Positions 45,493 to 55,208 of a stretch of 64,000 nt of DNA are shown here, one piece after another; positions within the stretch are counted from its first letter, which is position 1, and every line of letters starts with the position of its first letter. Made by a program: the position numbers and the translations under genes. This stretch comes from an uncultured virus (IMG/VR IMGVR_UViG_3300017643_000059) (taxonomy: Duplodnaviria > Heunggongvirae > Uroviricota > Caudoviricetes), in IMG/VR virus record IMGVR_UViG_3300017643_000059; one strand, given 5' to 3'. Under the pieces are notes generated by a model. The model saw nothing but the letters and a program-made list of their open reading frames with translations, had not been told where the DNA came from and made no database searches.

Positions 45493-45716
45493 TTAGCCCC
45501 CTCTTATTGCTGTGAGTCCTCTCAAAATGAGGGGAAATAAAAAAGGCCACGCATACGCGCAGCCTCAAGATTTGCCTGCTTACTGATACAGGGCGCTCAA
45601 CCTCAGTTAGCGCAGATTTTAATTGTGATCCTGCCTATGTGAGCTTTGCGGTCGGCTGGAATGTGTAGGTTCCGCATAACTCCCCGCGCTTTGTCAGATT
45701 GGCGGCGGGAATCCAT

Positions 45717-45819
45717 AAAAGAAAACCCCGCCGGAGCGAGGTTTTAATATTTTTATAACGTTACAGGCGTAATAACCCATCGTTGGAATCAGGCTAACCA
45801 ATTTCCGCCACATTTGCAA
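45717..45819 (-). promoter_or_regulatory. Late promoter pR' with qut pause element and tR'
   Basis: TTGCAA-17-TAGCCT, a transcript starting AACGATGGGTTA as in lambda, and a CCTCGCTCCGGCGGGGTTTTCTTTT terminator. Confidence 0.75.
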
Positions 45820-45842
45820 TAGCGATTAGCAAAGAATATTCA

Positions 45843-46640
45843 CTAATGAGTTACCTGGCCTAATACCTTTTCGGCAAACGACTCTTCAATGTGGCAATGC
45901 TCCACCAGCCGATTAAAGAATAATTTATAATTACGCCGCCATGTCGTTTCCGTTACCCCCAGAGCTTTGAAAATCTCGGTATCTTTCAGGCGCGGGAACC
46001 CTCTCCCCTTACATCTCGGACATTTTTTATAAACTGGAACACCCTGAAGCCCAGATTTTTTCTTATCCAGCACCTCGCCACGCCCCCGGCAACGGCATTC
46101 GTTTTTCACATCCCCCTTACCGTCACACGCTTTACATACGACGCGAATTTGTTCGCGTACTGATCTCCATACTTCCCAGTCTGCCGGAGAAATACCTTTC
46201 GTAGTCTTCACCCATTTTGGTGGCTTACCATCTGGGTAAGTAACCTTATTCGTGAAAACCTCAGCATCAATAAATTTAGAACCGTGGCAGCAACTACAAG
46301 TAACCAGGCTTGCCGCACTGAGGGAGTAATCGCGGAAAACATACCGGGCCAGAACATCGAGAAATTCTGAGCGCTCATTCTCTTCCATTTTACGCAATGA
46401 TCCGTGCCGTTCTGCACGCTGCTCTGCCAATTTCTTAATATACGCGATGATATTATCAGAAGATAAAACCCCGGCTTTTGCCAGGTACAATTCAACACCT
46501 ACGGCGGCTTTTGCGGCAAGCATCCCCAGTGAAGCCATCACGTCCGTAATAGTCAGGGTGTCAGCAGATAAGCCACACGGAACAGCGCCGGGCATCATGG
46601 ATTTAGGAGAAAAATACTTCGGTAAGGACTCAAGCTTCAT
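45843..46640 (-). CDS. Antitermination protein Q
   Basis: LESLPKYFSPKS start, several CxxCxG zinc motifs; upstream of pR'. Confidence 0.85.
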   Translation of the reverse strand: MKLESLPKYFSPKSMMPGAVPCGLSADTLTITDVMASLGMLAAKAAVGVELYLAKAGVLSSDNIIAYIKKLAEQRAERHGSLRKMEENERSEFLDVLARYVFRDYSLSAASLVTCSCCHGSKFIDAEVFTNKVTYPDGKPPKWVKTTKGISPADWEVWRSVREQIRVVCKACDGKGDVKNECRCRGRGEVLDKKKSGLQGVPVYKKCPRCKGRGFPRLKDTEIFKALGVTETTWRRNYKLFFNRLVEHCHIEESFAEKVLGQVTH

Positions 46641-46776
46641 TTTGATGCTCCAGTTTTGCTTCAATGCGGATGTGATTTCTTAAGATGCGATAATCAACGA
46701 GGAAAGATCCCCGATAGCGACAAATACGAAGGCGCTGCCAGCGCAGGCGAAGTGCTTCAGTCAGTTCTGGTTTCAT
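46630..46776 (-). CDS. YlcG-family small protein (not in the ORF track)
   Basis: LRLRWQRLRICRYRGSFLVDYRILRN. Confidence 0.72.
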   Translation of the reverse strand: MKPELTEALRLRWQRLRICRYRGSFLVDYRILRNHIRIEAKLEHQNEA

Positions 46777-47129
46777 TTGATTTCCCCGATGATGATCTGG
46801 CCTTTCTCACCCCATAGCTTCGTGATGCGGCAATCCCATACACAGGAATCATCATCAAATAGCGCATCCATCAGCGCTTTAAGCATGTTGTCGCAGTCTG
46901 GTTTTGACTGGTGCGGCTTGCCGATAGACTGCTCCCGTTTCTTCTTGCTCCAGCTCGTGGGCATTGGCATAACGAAGGTGATATGCGCACCGGACTCCGG
47001 AAGATGGATTTTTCGCAGGCGAGCTTCATCGCAGAATGCACGGTAACGCATTACTGCCGGACGCTGCTTCCACTTATCAGCTCTGGTCATTCTGGGTTTG
47101 CCAATGGGCGTGATATCGTAGATTTTCAT
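46773..47129 (-). CDS. rusA: RusA-family Holliday junction resolvase
   Basis: KPDCDNMLKALMDAL..DDS. Confidence 0.88.
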   Translation of the reverse strand: MKIYDITPIGKPRMTRADKWKQRPAVMRYRAFCDEARLRKIHLPESGAHITFVMPMPTSWSKKKREQSIGKPHQSKPDCDNMLKALMDALFDDDSCVWDCRITKLWGEKGQIIIGEIK

Positions 47130-47422
47130 GATTTGATGAGCCCCTCTTTCCGCCAGATTTCCAGGGTGCGCATTACCCCCTCCGCATGCATCAGCCGCAG
47201 TTGGTCATGGGTGTAATCCGTGGTTTGTACCCGCCCGTCGATCACGTCGTGGCATCCGTTACAGGCGATGGCCGCCTGGGTATCGTCAGGTTTGCATCCG
47301 GTACCACAGGTTCCCGCCAGACGGTAATGAGCCAGCACACTGGTTTCCGGATTGCCATTGCAATAGCCGGGAATTCTCACGGTACATTCCCGCCCACGCG
47401 CAGCGTTACGAAGATTAGCCAT
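47126..47422 (-). CDS. DUF1364/YbcO-like nuclease
   Basis: ARGRECTVRIPG.CN..AHYR..CNGCHD. Confidence 0.85.
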   Translation of the reverse strand: MANLRNAARGRECTVRIPGYCNGNPETSVLAHYRLAGTCGTGCKPDDTQAAIACNGCHDVIDGRVQTTDYTHDQLRLMHAEGVMRTLEIWRKEGLIKS

Positions 47423-47633
47423 GCTCACCCCACATCCGGTTTTGCCACCGACGATCAACGCGCGGAGGTTTATTGTCTTCCGGTAGTCTGGCGCTAACTG
47501 TCCAGGTGATGTGATCGGGATTCAGGCTACGTTCTACATTGACGCCCCGGCGCTGGTATTGCGCCACCAGCTCGTCGGCCTGTTGAGTTGAGCATTCGGT
47601 ATGCTGGAAATATGAGTATTTCATCCCCATCAC
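47415..47633 (-). CDS. Hypothetical nin-region protein
   Basis: Overlapping start and stop codons with neighbours. Confidence 0.65.
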   Translation of the reverse strand: MMGMKYSYFQHTECSTQQADELVAQYQRRGVNVERSLNPDHITWTVSARLPEDNKPPRVDRRWQNRMWGEHG

Positions 47634-48229
47634 CCCGCAAAGCTCATGAGCTGCGCAGCGGCGTTCTCCGCCTCGCCCTGGTCCCTGAACGATTTTGATA
47701 ATATCCAGCGCCAGAGGACATCGAGCGCTGCTTTGTACAGCTGCTGGAACTCGATTTCGTCCATGTTCGCGAATGAGATGCTGCGAGGATGTTTCTGAAG
47801 GGTGCCATCCGGTAGCTTTATGGCGTCGTAATGCCCGGCCTGAATCGTCACCCAGGCGCGGTATGCATCGAAGGATTTACAGAGGCTGATCCCGTTCGTG
47901 ACGCGGCGGCTCGCTACCTGCTCAAGATAGTGCTCAGCGGCATCAAGTAGTGCGCCTTCGTTGCCTCCGTAGGAAGCCAGGAATTTAGCGTAGCCGGTTA
48001 CAAGTTTGCGCTCGTTGGAAGAGATCGCGCCGCCGGTTGGCTCCCAGTATTCGAAACCGAGATTCAGCAGAGCGAAGAAGCGACGGTGGTACGCTGGGTT
48101 GCGTACCTGCCGGAACTCGGCCACCAGCACAGCGCCAAGCTTAATTTTGGTTTGCAGTAATTCGCTGGTCTCCGGTGTGGCGGGGATCAGGATTCCTGAG
48201 GACTGCTTGATGAGTTGTAACTGCGCCAT
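47630..48229 (-). CDS. DUF1367 family protein
   Basis: RNPAYHRRFFALL..PRSISFANMD. Confidence 0.85.
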   Translation of the reverse strand: MAQLQLIKQSSGILIPATPETSELLQTKIKLGAVLVAEFRQVRNPAYHRRFFALLNLGFEYWEPTGGAISSNERKLVTGYAKFLASYGGNEGALLDAAEHYLEQVASRRVTNGISLCKSFDAYRAWVTIQAGHYDAIKLPDGTLQKHPRSISFANMDEIEFQQLYKAALDVLWRWILSKSFRDQGEAENAAAQLMSFAG

Positions 48230-48263
48230 AGTTTTCTCCGTGGCGCAGCAGGTTAACGGCTGT

Positions 48264-48512
48264 TCAGACCGTTGATTTCATATTATCAGAAGGTGGAATT
48301 ACCCGATAGCCGAGACGATTAATAAATTGCATAAAGCCATTGGGAGTAAAGACCTCCTCATCATCCAGCAGAGGGCGCATAGATACCATGCCATTTACAC
48401 GGTAGATAAGATGCTTACCAGTTGAAGGAAAGCTAAATACCACGCAGCCGTCAGACCGTCTAACAATGTCATACCAACTATTTTCTGACGTTTGCAATGC
48501 CGGATCGCTCAC
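48264..48512 (-). CDS. Small protein, candidate antirepressor
   Basis: GTG start with GGAGGA RBS; lies between dinI-like and DUF1367 genes. Confidence 0.55.
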   Translation of the reverse strand: MSDPALQTSENSWYDIVRRSDGCVVFSFPSTGKHLIYRVNGMVSMRPLLDDEEVFTPNGFMQFINRLGYRVIPPSDNMKSTV

Positions 48513-48625
48513 TTTATATCCTCCCTTCAAGCGAATACAGACGCGTTTAGTAATTGTCGGCAGCAGCATCAAAGGGATACTCATTTATGGTATTCAGACA
48601 ACCGTGCGCCACCAGGTACGCAATT

Positions 48626-48871
48626 TTAATGAAACCAGTCGTCAGCGCTTTCCCATGTTTCCTGGAGGATTTTTTCAATTTTCTTTTTGTCATCCTTGTC
48701 GCCACCGAAAACGCTGAGTCCATCACTACCTGCCCGGCGAATTACCAGGCTGCAATCCTCATACTGATTGCTCAGCCGTTTAAGCAACTCTTTTTCCAGT
48801 GCCGGGATCGCACCCTTAGGAAGTTCTTTAGTCCGATCAATAGTTAATTCAACTTTCATAGTAGCCTCCAT
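48626..48871 (-). CDS. DinI-family protein
   Basis: LPKGAIPALEKEL..ILQETWESADDWF. Confidence 0.9.
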   Translation of the reverse strand: MEATMKVELTIDRTKELPKGAIPALEKELLKRLSNQYEDCSLVIRRAGSDGLSVFGGDKDDKKKIEKILQETWESADDWFH

Positions 48872-48877
48872 TGCATA

Positions 48878-48897
48878 TACTGTGTTTTTATACAGTA
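48878..48897. promoter_or_regulatory. LexA box upstream of the dinI-like gene
   Basis: TACTGTGTTTTTATACAGTA. Confidence 0.88.
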
Positions 48898-49054
48898 TAC
48901 CTGTGCTTTGAAATTATCAATGCTTTGAGGGCGTAAATTGTTAACTTAATGTCAGTAGGGCAAAATAAAACCCGCCGTAGCGGGTTGAAATGATAGATTT
49001 TTTTAAATTGAGACATCTTTTTTCTGACAAGAATGTGCTGATATGACCTAACAA

Positions 49055-49255
49055 CTATGGCTTGGGGTTTTCCCTCCTCCATCGCAGCCAGAAACCGTAT
49101 TCTTGCCTGATATTGCTCTCGCAGGTGAGCTTACCGAACTTCGTTGTCGGCGGGTTAGCGATGATGCTTTCCAGCGATTCTCCTCCATCAAGACGAGCAT
49201 AAATTTTATAATCAGCTGCTTTCGGATTCTTTGGTTCTGCAATTCCCTCACTCAT
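49055..49255 (-). CDS. 66-aa hypothetical protein (moron-like)
   Basis: Isolated ORF with AT-rich flanks and a downstream hairpin at 48968-48987. Confidence 0.5.
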   Translation of the reverse strand: MSEGIAEPKNPKAADYKIYARLDGGESLESIIANPPTTKFGKLTCESNIRQEYGFWLRWRRENPKP

Positions 49256-49343
49256 TATCTACCCCATGTCATAAAAGTATTCTGGCATTGAAGGGGTTCT
49301 CTGTTGTCGTTGAGGCCCCTACGTGTACAAAATTATAAATTAA

Positions 49344-51218
49344 CTAAGCAGCAATTTCTTTGGGCTGGCATAACTCTGGTAGATTGGCTCTAACCAACGC
49401 TTCGGCAAACGGCGGGGGGACAGCATTTCCGCACCGGGCAACCTGCTTATCCTTCGCGTACTTCACACCTCGATAATCCTGATCGATGATGTACCACTCC
49501 GGGAAACCCTGAGCCCGATACAGCTCATGTGGCTGGAGCATACGCATCCCGATATCGACAATCCGGTACACTACCCCATCAATAGTCACTAGTCCGGTGC
49601 TATCTTCACCGCAGTATTCCTTCAGGAACTCAAGTACCAGTTGTGCGCGCTGCTCGTCATATCCATCTACGGCAAGCGTGGTCTTAACTTCACCAACATG
49701 CTGTCCACCAGCGGTGATAGTTGGCATCGGCTCGTCGGTGCGCTGGCCATCCCGACAGGTTCCTCGCAGTTTAACCAGATGAGACGCAACTACCGCATGA
49801 TGATCAACAGTAGTGACTGAGTGTGCGGGTTCATCCAGACCAACGCCCGGGCCCGAGTAATTCCCGCCGTAGTGTTTCGCCAAGAATGCGCCAACAACAG
49901 CGTGCTTACTGCCACCAGCCACAACAGTACCCAGAGGTTTATCCAATCCTGGTACGCGGGGCGCTTGTCCTTGCCGTTCCCCGTAACCCGTCTGAATAAG
50001 AGTTGGTACCACCAGCTGGGATTTTCCACCACCTCCTGCAGTGACCGTCGCGCTCGGTTCATCTACCCGATGCCCGATGCTGGCACCGAACTGACGAGCG
50101 ATAAACGGCGACAGGGCCGCTTCGACAATCCCCAGCGCATGACCATTCCCACCCGGGCGCACTGACGTGCCAGCGGTGACAGTTGGTACCGGTTCAGTTA
50201 CTGGCTGCCCGGTAGCCCCGGTGCGGAATTTAGTCAGGTGCGGTACAGCCAATGCGTAGCCGTGCTTTTTGGTGATGGTCTGCAATGGTTCTAAAAGCGA
50301 TTGCCCACGGAAACAGTCATAACCCCCTTTAGTGGTTGTGTGGTTGCACTTCACAATAAACGGAGAAGCGCTGTCTATTACAAAACGCTGGATACCGCGC
50401 GCGATCCGCTTCAGTGTGTTTTCCGCCAGCGGCTTTTTGCGGTCAAAAATTGATGGGCATGGAATTGACCAGTCGATGCATTCCGCAGCTGTACGCCACG
50501 GTGCCAGTTTTCCGGTCTGTACCTCAGGTGATTTTGGATCCCCGTGAGTTGCCTCCGGCCACACAATCGGCTTACCGTCACAGCGCATAACCATGAAGAA
50601 GCGCTTCCTGATGGTCGGCGCGCCGTAGTCGCAGGCACGCAGTTCGCGGTATTCGACGGTATAGCCAAGACCTTTAACCAGCCGGGCAGCGTCCTCGCTG
50701 TCGAGAGGAATACCCAGGAATTCACAGCACTCCACCAGCGCCGGATGATCGGGAGAAATCCCCGTCGTCAGCATAGCGACAAAAGCCCGGAAGGTTTCTC
50801 CAGCACGTTCAGGATCCGGGCGCATTTCACCGGCGAGAAGCGGCCCCCACGTTTTAAACTCTTCGACGTTCTCCAGCTTCATCACACGAGGCTTAACATC
50901 CAGTCCCCAGCGCAGCGTTACCCAGGCCAGCCCACGAATTGCCTTTTCAACTGGCTTAGCCCCTTTTGCCTTGGAAAAATGACGACAGTCAGGAGAAAAC
51001 CAGGCAAGCCCTACAGGACGACCAGCAGTTGCCACTTTCGGCCTGACATCATAAACAGATTCGCAGTAATGGAGTGTGTCCGGGTGATTGGTGGTATGCA
51101 TCGCCACGGCATTTGGGTCGTGATTGATGGCAATATCCACGCTCCGACCAGTGGCCAGTTCGATCCCGGTGCTCGCCCCACCACCACCAGCAAAATTATC
51201 GACAATAATCTCTCTCAC
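49344..51218 (-). CDS. Orphan C5 cytosine DNA methyltransferase
   Basis: FAGGGG, SPDC, ENV, R.RFF and GNAV motifs, with a long repetitive variable region. Confidence 0.93.
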   Translation of the reverse strand: MREIIVDNFAGGGGASTGIELATGRSVDIAINHDPNAVAMHTTNHPDTLHYCESVYDVRPKVATAGRPVGLAWFSPDCRHFSKAKGAKPVEKAIRGLAWVTLRWGLDVKPRVMKLENVEEFKTWGPLLAGEMRPDPERAGETFRAFVAMLTTGISPDHPALVECCEFLGIPLDSEDAARLVKGLGYTVEYRELRACDYGAPTIRKRFFMVMRCDGKPIVWPEATHGDPKSPEVQTGKLAPWRTAAECIDWSIPCPSIFDRKKPLAENTLKRIARGIQRFVIDSASPFIVKCNHTTTKGGYDCFRGQSLLEPLQTITKKHGYALAVPHLTKFRTGATGQPVTEPVPTVTAGTSVRPGGNGHALGIVEAALSPFIARQFGASIGHRVDEPSATVTAGGGGKSQLVVPTLIQTGYGERQGQAPRVPGLDKPLGTVVAGGSKHAVVGAFLAKHYGGNYSGPGVGLDEPAHSVTTVDHHAVVASHLVKLRGTCRDGQRTDEPMPTITAGGQHVGEVKTTLAVDGYDEQRAQLVLEFLKEYCGEDSTGLVTIDGVVYRIVDIGMRMLQPHELYRAQGFPEWYIIDQDYRGVKYAKDKQVARCGNAVPPPFAEALVRANLPELCQPKEIAA

Positions 51219-51472
51219 GCGTATTCCTCCATGACGGCGGCCAGCGAACGCGCGGCTTCGATAATTGACGGCACTGGCATTTTCTCAAGCCACATCCGGT
51301 TGATATGGTGCTGCAGGCGACGCTGGTGGTGTGCCGAAAGATCCCCGGCGATTTCAATCTGCGACATAACCATGCCAACTTCAGCTGGCCATACAGTTTC
51401 AGGAACATCCGGCAGCAGCATAGTTTCCAGTTCGACGATACGCTTTATCGCATATTGCAGATGAGTATCCAC
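51215..51472 (-). CDS. Hypothetical phage protein
   Basis: Coupled to the methyltransferase gene. Confidence 0.6.
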   Translation of the reverse strand: MDTHLQYAIKRIVELETMLLPDVPETVWPAEVGMVMSQIEIAGDLSAHHQRRLQHHINRMWLEKMPVPSIIEAARSLAAVMEEYA

Positions 51473-52134
51473 TACTTCACCTCCAGCTGCGGTGCTGCTG
51501 CAATCAGTCCGCACCATGCATCCCTTGAGTCTTCCGCACCGTAATCAATAATTGAGTCGAACTCGTCCAGCATCGCCATTGTCGGCTCAACCGGTACCAT
51601 CACCCAACCATCCGGAATCACCGGAGAGTTGCCATCTGCACCCTGAAGCATGGCGGCGCGGCGATTCCATACCTCACGCAACTTATCTCTTGCGTCCACG
51701 TCTGTGTGATATGCGGTGTCGGTTGATATTCCAAAAACGTTGCAAGATATCCAGTTGAGGTTATCGTCGTCATAATCAAACTCAGCATTTCCTCCGCAGC
51801 ATGGGCATGGAAGAAGGCCATTTTCATCAGGCACAGATACCGGCGCTGTCGGGGCGGTGTAAACGACACCCTCAATCCAGTGCGCGCCGTCTTCATTGCA
51901 ATGGCACTTCGACTCTAGCGGCTCGTCTAATCCCTCCGCTCCGCATCCGCTACAGGTAAATAGTTTGCGGCTTTTGGCTTCCAGCGATGCCAGCGCGATT
52001 TTAGCCAGGCGAAATCTAATTCCGTAATAACGGCTATCCGGCTCACGCTCGGTTATCTCTACCCAGGCGTTAACGATTTCCTGCGCGACTTCTATTAACT
52101 GCTCTTTGGTGAATTCTCTGGTAATAGTGCTCAT
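51472..52134 (-). CDS. Mosaic Eaa-like protein with a Lar-like zinc-finger segment
   Basis: ALASLEA, LLPCPCCGG and NSPVIPDGWVMVPVEPT modules. Confidence 0.65.
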   Translation of the reverse strand: MSTITREFTKEQLIEVAQEIVNAWVEITEREPDSRYYGIRFRLAKIALASLEAKSRKLFTCSGCGAEGLDEPLESKCHCNEDGAHWIEGVVYTAPTAPVSVPDENGLLPCPCCGGNAEFDYDDDNLNWISCNVFGISTDTAYHTDVDARDKLREVWNRRAAMLQGADGNSPVIPDGWVMVPVEPTMAMLDEFDSIIDYGAEDSRDAWCGLIAAAPQLEVK

Positions 52135-52625
52135 GGGTTAGTCCTCACGGAATTTCTGATGCCCTCGGCAATATCGAATAGCGCTTCTGAGTAGTCTCGC
52201 TGAGCGTCATTACCAAACTCAAACGTGCCTGTATCGTTATCAGTGCGCCCATGCTCTTTGTCGTATGACTCTCTCTGTTTATCCACCCATTTTGCGGCAG
52301 CAGTTATACCGTCGTTGAAAGCTGAATCAGTAGGCATGAAAGACAGGTCTGCGAAAAACTCGCCAAATCCAAAGCACACGGAATATGCCAGCCGACCGTG
52401 ATGCTTGTAGCCAGGGTTAGTGATATCAGTAGTCGCATAGGTTGCAGTTATCTCTGCAACGACTTCTTCTGGCTTTGATGGCTGCTCAACCCACGGAATG
52501 CAGATCAGATCAAAGTCACGCGCCATCGTCCCGTGAATTGCCATAGCGTAACCGTGCTTACGTGCTATCTCAGCCAGTGCCGGGTAAAGAGCACAGTAAA
52601 CTGGTGCAAAGTTTGCCGGCTTCAT
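52131..52625 (-). CDS. Hypothetical phage protein
   Basis: Coupled ORF; HGTMARDFDL motif. Confidence 0.65.
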   Translation of the reverse strand: MKPANFAPVYCALYPALAEIARKHGYAMAIHGTMARDFDLICIPWVEQPSKPEEVVAEITATYATTDITNPGYKHHGRLAYSVCFGFGEFFADLSFMPTDSAFNDGITAAAKWVDKQRESYDKEHGRTDNDTGTFEFGNDAQRDYSEALFDIAEGIRNSVRTNP

Positions 52626-53230
52626 GATGCCTCTCCTTTACCGGCTGCGGCGTCCATCATGTGCAGATATTCGTCTGCATCCTGTACCCATTGACCGCCT
52701 ACGCCGTAATAGCGGTGCGTAACAATGTCGATGGTTGCCATAGGTTCATTCTCAAGCAGTTGGCGGAGAAAGCCTTCGAGGTCGCCAGCGCTATGCTTGA
52801 TTACCGGAGACTTTCCGGGATGGCGAACAACGAGGAATTGATTTCCCTCTTCACGCACCTCCTTCGCCTCCAGCTCAGCAATCCGCTTCTCTGCGGCTTC
52901 CAGCTCTATTTGTCTCTTCCCGGCTAAATCCTGCAAAAAATTCCGCTCTTTTCTGAGCTCGTCAACTAATGAATTGGCTTTATCGGTTTCCGTGTTTGCC
53001 CGTTCTAGCCCATCCGGCAGCGCCAGCACGGTATCCGGGTTGGCAGCCTGCATAAACTCACGATTGGCCTGAGCATCTGGCCCTTCAAAATGCGCGATGA
53101 TGAAGTTTCCGTTGGCCTGGTCGTTGGCGCTGCAGATAGCCTCCCAACCATCGCCAGATTCTTTAATCCACTCTCCTGCACTGGCAGACCGCGCTTTACT
53201 CCGAAGAGTATGTTTGTCGATGTTACTCAT
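52622..53230 (-). CDS. Ead/Ea22-like protein
   Basis: AANPDTVLAL and LEAAEKRIAELE motifs. Confidence 0.78.
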   Translation of the reverse strand: MSNIDKHTLRSKARSASAGEWIKESGDGWEAICSANDQANGNFIIAHFEGPDAQANREFMQAANPDTVLALPDGLERANTETDKANSLVDELRKERNFLQDLAGKRQIELEAAEKRIAELEAKEVREEGNQFLVVRHPGKSPVIKHSAGDLEGFLRQLLENEPMATIDIVTHRYYGVGGQWVQDADEYLHMMDAAAGKGEAS

Positions 53231-53490
53231 TGGGCGGACTCCTTTACATCGAATTGTGAACGCCAGCTTTCTCGTGGGTCGTCGATATTTTTCACCCCCA
53301 TATCGTCAGCAGCAATATCGACAAGAACCTGCTTCACGAAATCAATGGCTTCACTCTGGCTCCCAGCTTCAACTTCAAGACGCTCGGCAAGTTGCTTTGC
53401 CAGTACGTCAACACGTCCCTGACGCAGAAAATCTGCAAAACTCACATAACGCGGATTAACGTAACCAATCTTGCAAGTTAATTTGCTCAT
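53227..53490 (-). CDS. Hypothetical protein
   Basis: ATGA-coupled ORF. Confidence 0.55.
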   Translation of the reverse strand: MSKLTCKIGYVNPRYVSFADFLRQGRVDVLAKQLAERLEVEAGSQSEAIDFVKQVLVDIAADDMGVKNIDDPRESWRSQFDVKESAQ

Positions 53491-53690
53491 GACTGCAATC
53501 CTTTTTTCTGCTTGTTGTATACGGCCCAGCTCAGAGCATCGATCTTGTCACGACCTGCTTTGTCGTACATGTGGATACCTTCTTCGCAGGCGTGCTCTTG
53601 CTTAACCTGCTCTTCGAGAACGCTTATCTCTTCGTAAGACAGGGTTGCCAGCTTCAGGCGATTCCAGCCGAAGTTACGGATGCGCGTCAT
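53487..53690 (-). CDS. Hypothetical protein
   Basis: ATGA-coupled ORF. Confidence 0.6.
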   Translation of the reverse strand: MTRIRNFGWNRLKLATLSYEEISVLEEQVKQEHACEEGIHMYDKAGRDKIDALSWAVYNKQKKGLQS

Positions 53691-54241
53691 GACTGCACTC
53701 CTTTGCGAAGATTGGCGGCGAACGCTACTGAGTCATTGGCGTTTTGCTCAAGCCAATCAACAAGCGACTCCATATCTGTTACAGCCGGGTTGTCCAGAAT
53801 GCTTTCGTATACTCGCTTAGACTCCTGCGCCCGCACTTCAGCCAGGAAAGCATCGGTGGCTGGGGTCTCTGGAATGGCATCCGAAATAACCTCTGAGTAA
53901 ACGCGCTCCATCGCCGACTCCCATCCGTAGTAACAAGCAGAGTAACCGTCACGCTGATATCCCCGATCTTCAACTCCGCACCCCATGCCTTGGTCATGGT
54001 ATTCGGGCTGACTATCTGGATTGATGATGCTTTCGAGAGTATTCTTCATCCCCGTATTCTCAACAGCGAGCGCATCACGCTGCTTCACCGTTTCGCGCAG
54101 CACCGCAGCCGTAACATCAAGGCGGTCAGCCAGGCGAGAAAGCATTTTTGCAATATCGATGATCGGAGTATCGCTACTCAAAGCCTTCGCAAAGTCATGG
54201 CCGACCAATACCAGCTCTTTGTTGTTCAGTGAATCTGTCAT
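53687..54241 (-). CDS. Eae-like hypothetical protein
   Basis: ETPATDAFLAEVRAQ module. Confidence 0.65.
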   Translation of the reverse strand: MTDSLNNKELVLVGHDFAKALSSDTPIIDIAKMLSRLADRLDVTAAVLRETVKQRDALAVENTGMKNTLESIINPDSQPEYHDQGMGCGVEDRGYQRDGYSACYYGWESAMERVYSEVISDAIPETPATDAFLAEVRAQESKRVYESILDNPAVTDMESLVDWLEQNANDSVAFAANLRKGVQS

Positions 54242-54498
54242 TCTGATGCTCCCCGGTGCGTATAACGTTCCATATCAAAATCGATAGCTGCGCGCTGATC
54301 GCGGAAAATACCGCTGCGGCCGTGGCGGATAAGTTCACCCTGTTGTATTGCGATCCGGATGTACTTCTCAGCGGTCGTTCGATGCAGGCCGAACATGGCG
54401 GATATGTCTTTAGTGGTCGCGCGCCCATACTGTTTAACCATCTCGATAATCCAGGCGATGATCAGAGTGCGTTCCTGATGCGTCTTAGGCTTTGCCAT
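54238..54498 (-). CDS. DUF977-like winged-HTH protein
   Basis: GRATTKDISAMFGLHRTTAEKY. Confidence 0.68.
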   Translation of the reverse strand: MAKPKTHQERTLIIAWIIEMVKQYGRATTKDISAMFGLHRTTAEKYIRIAIQQGELIRHGRSGIFRDQRAAIDFDMERYTHRGASE

Positions 54499-55192
54499 TT
54501 TCAGCCTCCGCGCTCACCAGCTGCTGCATGATATTTTTATGACGACCAATGACACGTACGGCGTCGCGCAACTTCTCCAGCTTGACCAGTTTGTTTTTGG
54601 TACGGCGGATTTCACGGGAAATAACCCGAACCGTTGGGACTGCATGGCCAGCGCGATAGCTTTCGGTAAACGACGGGATCTCACTGACAATCTGCTCAAC
54701 CGGTTTAACCACATCGGCTGGAGCGTCAGCTGGCACTTCAGGTTCTGGTTTTGAGGCATCGGCTGCTTCTCCGGCAGTTGGCAGTGACCAGGTAACCCCT
54801 TTCCCCTTCCCGTTCTTCACCACTACGCCATTGCGCTCAAATGCGAGCATCACTGAAACCATGCCGCGGGCATTACGATTAACAACTGCAGCCAACTGAA
54901 CGGTTGTCATTGCGCCGTTATCTCGCAGTAGCTGGCAAATAAATTCAGGATCAACCTGTGCGGGTTCCTCCCCCTTCAAACGGGGTGCCTGATGCACAGG
55001 TGCTGCTGGTTTTTTTGCCTGTTCTGTCGCGGTACACATAAACCAACCGCCATCAGCAAAATCACACAGACCTTGATCACGCTGTTCGCGTAGCATGTTC
55101 AGAGCTTCGACAGACTCGATATCCAGACGGGCTGCCACTTCGCGATAAGATGCCCGGCCCATTTTTTCCAGTGCTTGAATTACAGTTTCCAC
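54485..55192 (-). CDS. DUF1627-like protein
   Basis: Follows the helicase loader gene; METV..ALEKMG..IPSFT. Confidence 0.65.
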   Translation of the reverse strand: METVIQALEKMGRASYREVAARLDIESVEALNMLREQRDQGLCDFADGGWFMCTATEQAKKPAAPVHQAPRLKGEEPAQVDPEFICQLLRDNGAMTTVQLAAVVNRNARGMVSVMLAFERNGVVVKNGKGKGVTWSLPTAGEAADASKPEPEVPADAPADVVKPVEQIVSEIPSFTESYRAGHAVPTVRVISREIRRTKNKLVKLEKLRDAVRVIGRHKNIMQQLVSAEAENGKA

Positions 55193-55208
55193 AGGATTTC
55201 CCTCAAAA

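Noticed and set aside
49048..49251. Second overlapping 67-aa ORF
   Set aside because: GTG-start alternative frame of the 66-aa ORF with no independent support.
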